Below, in pieces: positions 52,733 to 64,000 of a DNA stretch of 64,000 nucleotides. Both the position numbers and the translations under genes were made by a program. Every line of letters begins with the position of its first letter. Within the stretch, counting starts at the first letter, position 1. The notes beneath the pieces are model-generated. The model did not search any database and was not told the DNA's origin. It saw only the letters and a list, made by a program, of their open reading frames with translations. Source of the stretch: Raillietiella orientalis (Eukaryota); assembly GCA_036172245.1 (NCBI GenBank), contig JAYWIR010000043.1:682001-746000 (forward strand), written 5' to 3'.

Positions 52733-55700
52733 TGCATACAACACTTCTTCTCAGCACTTTCCACACGGAGATAACAATCGGCAAAGCCCGCATTATTGTT
52801 TGTTGTGTGCAATTACACAGTTTGTTTTCAGGGGCTCTGGACAGTCTTGCGCAGCTGTTGTTTTCCTCTCAAGTCTTAGGTCGCGTGCTCTTCCAGTGGC
52901 AACAAGTGAAACACGTATCTCCAGATCATCACAGCAATCAAGAGGTGCTCTGCTTCCATGATTTCTGCGAATCCGTTTGCCTTCCAAGACGGCAAAGTCA
53001 TGATCACTATCGTGTCGGATTAGAGATGCAGGAAATGTTTGCTTCCCTACACCATCCATTGTCAGAACCTTCCACTTCTTCGAACCTTCTAAATAGCTTT
53101 CTATACTTCTCGTATCGGCAAATGGACATTGCAGAACGCGCACTTTTTCCTGAAGTTGCCTCTTAAATTTGGACCACTGCAAGTGCCACGAACGAGAACA
53201 AAAGCACATGCTGAACGCTGACCAGAATGGGATGTGTCAAGGCGATGGAACAGGCAGTGAGCAAGTCACTCCTTTGCAACCAAAATAATCTTCTGTGGCA
53301 GTGACCTACCAAATCTGCACGGAAAAGTCAGAGGACTGGCTCTGCGGACTGTAAATCAAATAGCATCTCCTGTTCTGCTCTCAGAGTTAAACAGAGACGA
53401 TGCTAGCCTTCTTCTCTCGGGTACCACTCCGGACATAGAATGAGGGGGTTGGAGTTTCTTTAAGGGGAGAAGAGCGAGTGATGGTAAGCTGATTCTCGTA
53501 TAGATGAAAAGTGATATCGAACATGAGATTAGGAAGGTAACCAGTGGAAGGCGAACTTATTTTCAAGAAATGCAGGGGAGTGTAGCATGCCTCAAAGATT
53601 GAATATTATCAGAAATAAAAGCAGTTAAAGAGTAGCGTTTTTTTTGGAGGAGTAATGTGCTCATGCATATCTTTAAAGGGATTTGGTTCAGAATTCCGAA
53701 AGATCCTAAAAATAAATACCTCTATTTATTATATATATTAATATAAGGAACGAAGCGACATAGCCAGCTAGATGACTTGCACTTCTTTAGCAAGTTTGCT
53801 TCAGGGGCCTAAGTTTCTATTGATGATGCTGGATGGTTCACTTTTGCCCACGTTACCTTCGTGAAGGTATATATGCCAAATTACTGGAAAGAGATTTGAA
53901 ACAAAATATAACTTTTTGAGCACTTAAATCCACAAGGTTTATCTCCTGATGGGTTTGCCACATGGGTGTTTAGTGCATTGGATTCATTTGTTTCTGCACC
54001 AGATGAAGTTTTGGCAAATGGGATGGAGACAAGCTGAGCTCTTTGCAAAATCGTCCCCGTTCTGAAACTCCCAAATTACATGGCTTCAGCATCAGATTGT
54101 CACCCAGAGAGAGAATTATTGGTTTCCCTAAGGAGGATAATGCGATAAAGATAATGTCAAGTTGCTTCAGGTCGTGAGTGTCAAGCAAATAGGAATGTGG
54201 GTAAATGTTTGCAGAAGGCACACACTTTTCTCCAACTTGTGGATGGAAGCATGTTGATGTTTTGCCCAAAAAATGCGAATCCAGAATGAATGTGAAAATG
54301 AATGAATTGCATTTCTAAAAATGTTACTGAAATCTATGAGCAGTTAGATAAGTTTGAGATGGTGCTGGTAGGTGTGGTCAACTTTTTGTTTGAAATGCAG
54401 GATTGCAGCTTTTGCTGTATGCGAGTCTGAATTTGTGCGATGCAAGATAGTAAAGCAAGAAGCTGAACATTTTGGATAGGAGTGGTTTGGTTCGAACAGT
54501 GACATAAGTGCCACGAGCAGCACTGATCACTCCACCAACAAAACACTCAGAATTTTTCAGTTTTGGCACTTATGATGTAATGCAAACTATGGGTTTTCCA
54601 GCAGAGGATTTAGTCTGATAGTTTCCTGGATTCCTATAAGGCAAACAATTGGTCTGGAGACATTGGAAATTCTGGATGTTGAAGTCGAGAAGTTGATCAA
54701 AATAGCTTTTGAAACAGGCAACAAAACGTGAAACAAAATCGAACTTGGTATACCCAAAATCTGCAGAGTTTCTCTTCAAGTCAGGAGTGGTTGCATTCCA
54801 TCTTCACCCTACAGAGTACGAATTGCAAAAGTTAGTAGGACGAAGTTAGTAGTTGCAGGGGGTTAGTAGTGCCTGGTGTCTTGTCAAAAATTGCTGAGTA
54901 ATGAACACTAGAGTACACTGCTCTATTCTGGTGCTTGAGGTTCAATCCAGCTTGATTATGCAGTTTGTCCGTTCGAAATTGAAATATCTGGATTCCAGTG
55001 AATTTTGTTGCATAACACTTCATGCAAGGGTACGTTCCAACCATGTTATGTCATGATTTCAGATTCCTTCATACTGATTGCTTATTTTTGCAAATAGCAC
55101 TTGCTTAGCAGTTCGTTTTCTTAATTGATATCAGATCCTTTCTTAAAGCCAAAGCTGAATGTTTGCTATAACCTTGAGAAAAATCCGTCAATATCAGATC
55201 TATCCAAAATTTGGGACCTTTTTCCATCCTTCCATGCCATTTTCTATTTTCATTAACCTAATAGCAGTAGTTCCATAATATTATTTTTCGAGGTTCCATT
55301 GCATCATTTTTTGGTAGACCATTTTCTTTTCAACAGCATTCGCTGTATAATCTATAAAGATTGCACTAATGCACTATCTGCATATATTGTTTTCATGGCA
55401 TGCTGACAATGAACTTCCTGTAACAAAACACAAGCTCCATAGGAGGCCTGCCATAACATAGCTCCATACTGTTGTATTATGCAACTATGGATTTTTGTAT
55501 TTATACTTAATATCACATGTAACTTTCTTAATTGCTCATAGCTGAGAATATAATAAAGATAGGATGCATTTTTACTTGCTGCAAGTAGGTGTACTGCAGT
55601 GAATGTAACACACCACTGCTGTCTATTGCCATTTTAATATCCTCTATATTATTTTATCGGCTCCCGAATCATTGATCTAACCATGAAGTTTTTTAAACCT

Positions 55701-56974
55701 TTCGGACGTTGGATATGAGCGGTTATGTAGCTAACACTGCCAAATGTTTGCCTATTTTTCATAAATATCCTTTTGTAAGTTCCACTGGCATCTTGAGCTA
55801 ATTGTAAAAAGATTTCTGACCTTATCACTTCAAGTATAAATTTGCTCTACTTCTCTTCTACCATTCTGTCCATCTATTTAGATGATTTATTTCCAGCTAT
55901 GATGTGCAACTTGAATACTGCGACATGCAGGACTGGCTTTGTTGTCAGCAATTGGAGCAACTTCATTTCATCTCTATCATACCTCTTCCTTACTTAAAAT
56001 TATGATATTGTGCTATTTGTTCCTTCTTCGCAGCAAAAAATTAGTACCCAAGTATATCAAAATGAATTACATTCAAAGCATTATTCCAATGCTCTTGCTA
56101 TTTCTTTTGTAATACCCTTTTGTAACCTGTTCTTATTTTTAAATCACAGTTCTTCCTACTGCTTATTCCGCTGGACTACCTACACGTAGAATAATCAAGA
56201 TTACTTTTGTCCTCATACAAATACCTTTCCTCTATTTTCCTAGCTGTGTCACCAGGATCATCAAATCATGCCCCATCACTGAAAAGTCTGTAGTATTCTC
56301 CATTGTCACATATCCACTGTTTCCTTTTTTTCTTTATTACCATGCAGATTGCTTCCTAGTAAACATATTGTGTAATTAGTATGCAAAAACTAAATTTTAG
56401 CCACCGTTTTTAATACAAAACTCACTTAAATTCCAGCTTCACTTGCTGGAATGACACCTGTATTTCTTTGTCTTTGAATAGTCCTGTTCTTCAATTTCAT
56501 CTAAAGAGCTGTCACTATCTATCCTCTCAATAGTGCTTTTTCTGATGACTGTGAGAGTTCTTACATTCACAGCTCGAAATTGCTGTTAATGGTGCTGAGT
56601 TTCAGAATTTCACTACTGATGGCAGTGATATGAAAATGAATCTCCTCAAGAAGAGTCAGTTCTTATCATAAATAGCAATTGATGCTCACTAGTTAGATGA
56701 GCCTATAAAATTTAAGCTGGATATTATTAAGGTTACAAGAGAATAGAAAGGTGCAATAGGAGAATCTGAATTCTGTTTTCGTATTTTGAATCCGAATGCT
56801 TGTGACAAAAGGAGTCCATTCTTATTCCTAAGTTCCCAATCTAGTTGTTAATGATGCAAAGCTTGGTAAGTATGATATGAAGTTTTAGTTCAGCAGAGCA
56901 ATGGGTATGTTAATTGTAAAATAGGGCTATCAGAGCTTGGGGAGCATTCAAGCCACTTGAAGTGGAAAAATCAC

Positions 56975-57420
56975 ATTGAATAAGGCTGAAGGAGTTGAAG
57001 GTTGGGATGTGAGTTAGTGAATGTATGTTTCTTTTTCGTAGGAGTATGATGCATCTGAGCGTGCTGATGGAATAGATGGCTAAGTATGTGATTCATATTG
57101 TGGAAGATGTACTTATTGTGGAGGTTATTCATGCTATGTGGGAAATAGATGAATAGGTTATAAGTAGTCGGATAGATGAGGTGGTCAGAGCTATGATGGG
57201 GGCTATTATGGCTCTGAGAATTGTGGAAACTAGGATAATTGGTGATGGTGAGAGGGAGATGATGAATATAGGGGCTAGTTTTTGTCCGGATAGTAGAATT
57301 TTGGTTGATAGTCATGAGGAGTTGTTGATGATGGGCAATAGTCAATAATGAAATGGTAGTATGCCTAGTTTTATGAGTATGATTATTGAGATAATCGGGG
57401 ATAAAATGGAGGGGAAGCAG
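56975..57420 (-). pseudogene. ND2: Nuclear mitochondrial insertion (NUMT) of NADH dehydrogenase subunit 2
   Basis: With TGA=W, ATA=M and AGA=S it reads MKLGMLPFHYWLLPII..GQKLAPMF..IRLLMTYSSISHMAWM..WITYLAIY. The strong A/C strand skew extends to ~57630. Confidence 0.92.
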
Positions 57421-59559
57421 TTTTATTTGAGATGAATGATTTTTTAGAGATGATTTTGTGTAAGGTTAAATTTGAGTATCTCAGAATTCTAATGGAATAG
57501 AATTTTTAATTTTATGTTTAGGGGTTGAGGAGATATTATGATGATTATTATGGGTTTTAAGTTGATGAGAGGGTTTATATTAAGAGATTGGTTAATGCAT
57601 GTTAGTATAGTTAGAGATCACAATAAAATTTTGTCTTTACAATTTTGTCTTTGTTAAGAGGAGCTTTTATAAGCAACTTGAAGGCAAGAAGTGAATTGGA
57701 AATTGGATACGAACTTTAGGAGCATACTAAATGAAATCGGTATTTGAGTTCTGACAATTTTAAATTACTTGATAATGACTTGATTATAGACATTGAATGG
57801 GGTAAAGAAACAACTGTACCTATTCAGGATGAGAAAATTAACTTTTACATTTACTTAGCAAAACTAGTAATGGATTAAGCAGTGATATAGAAGTTATTAT
57901 GAATGTTGGTAATGTAATTATGAAAGAAGCTATTGTTATCAAATACTAAAGCCAGTGGAAGTCAATTTACAGAGCAGCTTCTTGAATATAACAATTATGT
58001 ACTATCGGAGTATAGTGGAAATATACTCAGATAATTCGTTCATGCTTCCAGATTTTTGGGACATCTGCAAATAAATTAAAAACGGCAAACTGTCTTTCCA
58101 CCATCTCCTTTGAAAAAGAGTCGTAACATTACGGTATGTTACCTATCATCAATTTCCCTATCAAATGTGTATACTCTTCGAAATGGAATCCATCTTTTTC
58201 ATAACTGTTGAAATTGAAGCGATCACTTTGAAGGAAGAGACTTCAGTAATAACACTAAGGGCAAGCTTGACATTAAGGTTTATAAAGTTCAGGCTGAAAA
58301 ACAAGATTCAAGTGATAAATCTTTCTTGGAAATTCCTATAATTTGAAAAGTCAAATGGGCTACAACCACAGGCAAGAAGTTCTACGAAATGTGCTTTAAT
58401 AAAAGATAAGAAGTCAATAAAAAAAAGTCTCAAATTCGAAGTATTCAGCAAACTTTGGAAGTGCACTTCTGACCTTAGCAAAAAGACTGAGAAGCGATTT
58501 TTATTCCAATTTAATTATAGGACATATCAACGGATGAAAGGGCGGACTTTTCATCACCTTTACCATCTTTCGTACTTCCTTTGCGTGGGTTCATTCTATT
58601 TTCTAGGGACGTCCATTCCATCAGGTGACCTCGTCGACCGCTTCGTGTAGTTGGTCATTTTGTCATACTGTATCTGAAGGACGTCAGCATCATGAGGTGA
58701 ATGCCCCAGGCAATGAGTCCAGGATGTGTCTCGCGTGAAGCGTATGCAAGATGAGACCATCGGATGTCTCATCTCATGGTCTCATCCGCTTACTTTCGAG
58801 GAATTTCCAGAGCCCGGTGAACCGCCATCATTCCACGTTCCCATAATGCACGCACGTTTTCTTGCCTTTCTGGGACAGCTTCGTGGTTATGTTCCCCTAT
58901 TTCGACTCCTTTTTTCTGGCAGTTTTGAAGGTCTGCTCTCTACTTTCTATTGGACAGATGGCATCCAACGCTGCCATCCTGTTGTTCTTCTGCGGTACTC
59001 GATCCCCAAAATAAAGACCCGTAACTCTTTGCTTTTCCGAAATCAGGGTCCATCCTGCGACATCGACAGCTGCTGTTTCAATCTTCTGGCGGAGCCGTCA
59101 TTCCTGGATGTGTATAGGCGAGAGTGCTTCGTGCAATAGTTTGTAGTATGAGGTAACGTCTCGTCCTACAATTGGCAGCATCGAACATAAAGCGTTCCTT
59201 CTTGTGGATAACCCCCTTATTGACAGGAGGCTCAACCTTGCTTCATGTACAAAGCTACAATCGACAAAGAGGATGTACTCCCTTGATGTCATGAAGTGAC
59301 TCGGAGGTCGATGCAGTTCAACGCAGCGCATAGCCTTTCCTTGATCCCAGTGCTTATTTATCAAGGACTGCCTTTCCCTGTTGAGCAGATCTGAGGGTCG
59401 ACGCAAACATTCCCTTCATTGTACATTTAATCGTGAAGCCTCCGATCTATATTCTATTCTCTCCATCTTGAAACTCCCATTTCGGATCGTAGTGAAGCTT
59501 GTTTTCCTGTCGTGCACAAGCTTCTAATATTCCCGCTTATTCTTGAAAGCTTACATCAA

Positions 59560-61019
59560 GTTGAACACTAACAGCCACAGCATCCTTCACCCCCTGCTTT
59601 GTGTTTGCCCCGAAGTTGAAGAAGAGGACAAAGGACCTACTCCGCATCGCCCTTTGGGGCAAGGGGAGGCCCCGAGTCCCTTTGAGGAACTTATGCGCTC
59701 CGCGTCGGGACGGCGGTCTTGGTCTCCTGACGCTGGAGCGCTTTCAGATCCAGCTGCCATGGCGCACCTTGGTCATCGCAGAGAAGTTGTGGAGCACCCC
59801 TTGGTGCGTTCCTGCCCGCCTTCTTGCCAGCCGTGTCTCCAGGACGCAAGGACTAGCGTCTTATCTTCTGTGCTCCGGCCGGAAGATACGAAGATGCGGC
59901 CTCTCCTTGGACGCATGTCCACCTTGGCAAAGGAGAACGGCTGGATGGTCTGCAGCCCCGCCAACTCCTCCGCATGGCTGGAGAAGACCGCTGGCACGTG
60001 GGCGAAGATGAATGAGAAGAACTACGAGACGTGGAACTGCCTGCGAGCCGGCATCTACGCCCGCCGCACTCTGCGTGAAATTCTTGAATTTCCAGCGAGT
60101 TGCACGTGGGCGGAAGAAACACCCCTTGCTACGGCGAGACCCTTCCTCCGTAGGGCGCTTCACAACAGCCGGAAGCCGAGGTGGCAAGTCTGCTGCCGTA
60201 TCGCAGGCAGAGAGAAGATGATGAGCGGCTGGACCATGGGAGAGCTGACAGACGCTACGACCCCTAGTGTCCAGCCGAGAGGATTAAAAAGATGTGGCGA
60301 GCTGCTTGGCATCCGGTCGGATGACCTGAAGTGGCCCCCGGTTCTAATTTGATCCAGGATTCTTCCCCTGAAGTGGCAAGAGTCGGTGCTTCTGTGGCTG
60401 CATTGGAGTCTACCCTGCAACGCGCGCCGCTCCCACTGGACGCGGGAAAGAGTAAATCCTGCGTGTGCCAGGTGTGGGGAGAGGGAGTTCCTCCCCCACC
60501 TCCTAGTTGACTGCCCTGCCCTCCGGATTCTTTGGGATCGTCTTGGAACGGCCCTTGCGATACCGGCTAGTGGCAACCCCAGAGACGTTTACAGTCTTCT
60601 CTTCGTGCGGGACGCCCTGAGTCCAGCCGCAGCCTTGGCAGCACTTTGCTGCATCCGGGGCATCGTAGCGGCATGGAGTGATGCCCAGGACGAAGATGTT
60701 GATTCTCACGAGATGGAAGTCATCCCGTATGCATTTCGCTTCATGCAGAGAGCTACCGGATGGCGCCAAAGGATGGGTTCTCCCCGTAGTGGAATGTGAT
60801 CCCTTCCCGGTCCTCCAAACTCTTTTTTTTTTTTCTCTCTCAATTTTATTTTATTTTTGTTTTCTCCCCCATCCCCTTCCACTGCCGAAGAGTCACGCCG
60901 GGCTGCGTCTCGGTGTCCCGGCAGTTCCGGTGTTGCCTGGCCGTTAGTGGGGCCTTGTACCACGTTTTTTTGTATTGACCAATGCAAAGTTTTAAATAAA
61001 TGTCCCGGAGTATCCGGGT
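59560..61019 (+). mobile_element. 5'-truncated L1/Tx1-like 3' portion
   Basis: ALWGKGRPRVPLRNLCAPRRDGGLGL and WLHWSLPCN..CARCGEREFLPHLLVDC. UTR stem-loop 60882-60924, AATAAA 60995, hairpin 61004-61018. Confidence 0.88.
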
Positions 61020-64000
61020 GGCATCTCGGCGTGCGACTGGCGTGGTCCGCTACCGTTCACCTCTTCCTGGTGAGCGTGTACGAGCCACACAGATTAAAAC
61101 ATCGGTGTGCGGAGGCGCTGCATGCAGCACTCCGTGAAAAGGTCGCCTTCAAGGACGTCGTGATTGTTGCTGGCGATCTCAACATCCTGGATGAAATCAC
61201 CCATTCCCAGGACGCCAGATGAAGGACGCCGTATCGGCGGTTGTCCGACGAGTTCGGGCTGCTGTGGCGAACAGCTGGCCACAAGCCGATCGACCACGTC
61301 CTTCACAGCACCGATCTAGGGAACCGCATTCAAGGTTTTCGCGACACGCTCACCGCGTTGTCGGATCATCCGTTGGTGCGGTTTTCCCTAAGGACGGAAA
61401 ATCCCCGGCGGAGGCAAGGCACCAGGGCGGGGCTCATCAGCATGCCCGCCTGGTTCGAAACCCATCCCTGTCATCAGGAGGTCCTGGAGGCGATTCTGAA
61501 GACCACTAAGATCCGAAGAGTCGCCGACTGGGACGGCCTGAAGCACAGGATCCATTTATTTGCAAAGATGCAATTCGGCGACAAGAGACTGAGTCAGGAG
61601 GCGTACCGGGAGCTGAACATTCAAGATCGCTCCCTCTCAAAGTACTTCTATCAGTACGAGAGTCGGTACGTCTTCCATAGTGTAAAAGGGGAAGTCGGCG
61701 TGCTGGAGAAAAAGAATCTGGGCACGTATCCAGTACGGCGATCACAGCCGACACACATCGAAGGACATCGTGGATGCCTTCGAAAGGCATTACACGGGAC
61801 ACTTCCGGCAACAACATCTGTGTCAGGAGATACAGAAGACCTTCCTGAGCCACCTTGAAAAGAAGATTGACGACCTCCAACGGAAGAGATTGGAGGAGGA
61901 TTTTTCCGAGGAAGAGGTGAAGAATGCGTTTCAGGAATTACGCAAGGATGTGGCGGTAGGCCCTGACAGTGTTCCCATCAGTCACTATCAGCGCTACCTG
62001 CACGCCTACCTGCATTTATTCCACCAGCTGACCCTCTGCATCCGAGAAGAAGGACGATTGCCGGAGTCCTTCTACGAGAGCAGGACGAGATTGTTGCCGA
62101 AAGGAGGCGAACTATCCAGGATAGCCCAATGGAGGCCAATCTCAATCCTTAACTCAGATGCCAAGTGGTTGGCGAAGATCTGGTCCAACCGCTTAGGCAA
62201 AGTAATGTCGAGGCTGATATCTCCTGTCCAGACATGTGCGGTACCCGGACGCCACATGTCGGACAATGTCAAGTGCATGCAGGCACGTGGACTTAGCCGA
62301 TACGTCGGCGAGAACCTGGTGCTTGCGTTCACAGACATGGAGAAAGCCTTCAACACCATCAATCACGGGATGCTGCTGAAGATTCTGGAAAAGCTGGGAC
62401 TTCCGGAATACTTCAGCAACTTCGTAGAAATGATCCTCCGAAATCAACGTTTCCGGATCAAGATCAACGGAGTAGAAACAGCAGCCATTCGGATGGAACG
62501 AGGAGTTCGGCAGGGCGACTCGCTAAGTCCGATGCTGTTCGTTATCTACATGGAGGCCCTGTCTTCTTTCATCGAGAAGAGCGGGTGACTACGTGGGATT
62601 AACATCGACGACCAGAAGCTCACCCATCTAGCCTACGCGGACGATCTCCTCTTCTTCATAAGAGGAAAGAGGGATCAAGAAACGTTCCTGGACGTGGTGA
62701 GCCTTATGAAAGATGGATTGGGCTTGAAGATCAACGCCCAGAAGAGACAGCTTTTGCCCGTCGGAATCCTGGATCTCTCCACTCTCACCGGGAGAGGATT
62801 TCGAACGGTGGACGCGGCCAAGTACCTGGGAGTCTACATCGGCGACGACTCTGCGTCGAAGCTACTGTGGACGGAAATCCTGGGGAAAACGGAAAAAGAA
62901 GCAGTGAAGTACACTCGACTGGACTTTGGCATGAAGCGAAAGGCCAATTTCTGGAATGAAGTACTCCTTCCAAAGGTGCTCTTTGGAGCGACATTCGCCA
63001 GGATGAACAAAGAGAACACCGAGGAAGTAGAAAAGCTGCAGAGGAAGACACTGTGGGGGCAGTATCGCCCAAGAGTAAGGTTAAAATCCCTGTGTCGCCC
63101 CAGGGAAGAGGGCGGTTCTGGGATGAAGTCGCTTGCACATTCCATGGAAATCATGGATTCGCGACACATCCTAGATATCGCTACTCACTGGGATGACTGG
63201 CCGTACGCGGCGCATAGGGTCTACGCGTTGTTGTTGAACAACTCGAATGGCCTAATGACTGCGTTGCTAGGCCGAGCAGGGGAATGCATCAACATCGACC
63301 CAACTTGGAGGAGAAAGCAACGGCTGATGCGCAAGCACAAGATGAAGAATGTGCCGAGAAGCAGGAAACTCTGGCAGAAGGAATCCATCCTGGTGATCCC
63401 GTGAATGCTTTCGGTCCCTCCGGACACGAGAAGCTGGATCTACTAGCGGTCCAGAGTAACAAAGAATCCAGGAGTGTTGACTAGGAGGATATCTACATCA
63501 CACTCGTTTACTTCGGTATATGGAGATGATGCTAGGTAGGTTCACCCATAAGACCCGCGAAGTGTTGATGAACCACAACGACCTCGCGTGGTCTAGGGTA
63601 ACGAAGATGAACCTCCGGAAGATTATCAAGGACAGGACCAAGACACCAGTGCCCTCCAAGAAGCCGCCGTTCGCTACGGGAGTGACAGGATCAACCTGTT
63701 AGCGATCGGCACGACGCTATGGAGGACTGACCTTCCGCCGAGCACCCAGAACGACCTCCTGATGTTCTATCATGGAGGAATCCAAAGCGGGTTCAGGCTG
63801 AAGCATTTCACCGGAAGACGGGAAGATGAAGACTGCACGGCATGTGGAGACATCGATACGAGACTTCATGTCTTGACGTGTCCCACATTGCTACACGACT
63901 GGCTGATCCTGAAAAGGATCATAGGACTAAATAATAAGTTTGTGATGGAAATCCTCGCCGGGATGTTTTAGGAAAATGGTAATGTTCCCTGCTACAATCC
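61020..64000 (+). mobile_element. L1/Tx1-like ORF2 (APE EN + RT + C-terminal Cys/His domain), best-preserved copy, several stops/frameshifts
   Basis: VSVYEP, AGDLN, IDH, SDH; GPDS, WRPISILNSDAK, DMEKAF, GVRQGDSLSPMLF, YADD, KYLG, CTACGDIDTRLHVLTC. Confidence 0.95.

Noticed and set aside
55270..55300. KIILWN as a densovirus NS1 Walker B motif
   Set aside because: No Walker A or motif C in a consistent position.
56971..57345. His/Asn-rich 124-aa ORF from the track
   Set aside because: Off-frame translation of the ND2 NUMT in the wrong genetic code.

Overview
Eukaryotic, invertebrate-animal nuclear DNA: the introns are spliceosomal, often only 40-47 nt, and an ND2 NUMT reads in the invertebrate mitochondrial code. 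Host genes are an intact 19-exon DNA polymerase delta catalytic subunit (POLD1, minus strand, 11760-20415, 1106 aa), a 10-exon astacin-EGF-CUB metalloprotease with two apparent 1-nt frameshifts (43310-49320) and a decayed orphan histone H4. Most of the remainder is GC-rich, nested and decayed L1/Tx1-like non-LTR retrotransposons. The highlight is a 1865-bp, apparently unit-length ambisense CRESS DNA virus genome (rep, intergenic origin region, cap) inserted between two CTA trinucleotides inside the endonuclease domain of one LINE; removing it restores the LINE reading frame. Also notable are a covarying 3'-terminal hairpin and a shortened endonuclease in the LINE family, a structured tRNA-headed SINE-like element with UUCG-hairpin tandem repeats, fold-back hairpins at TE junctions, and an inverted near-identical tract flanking POLD1. 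Everything was read by eye, and TE boundaries are approximate.
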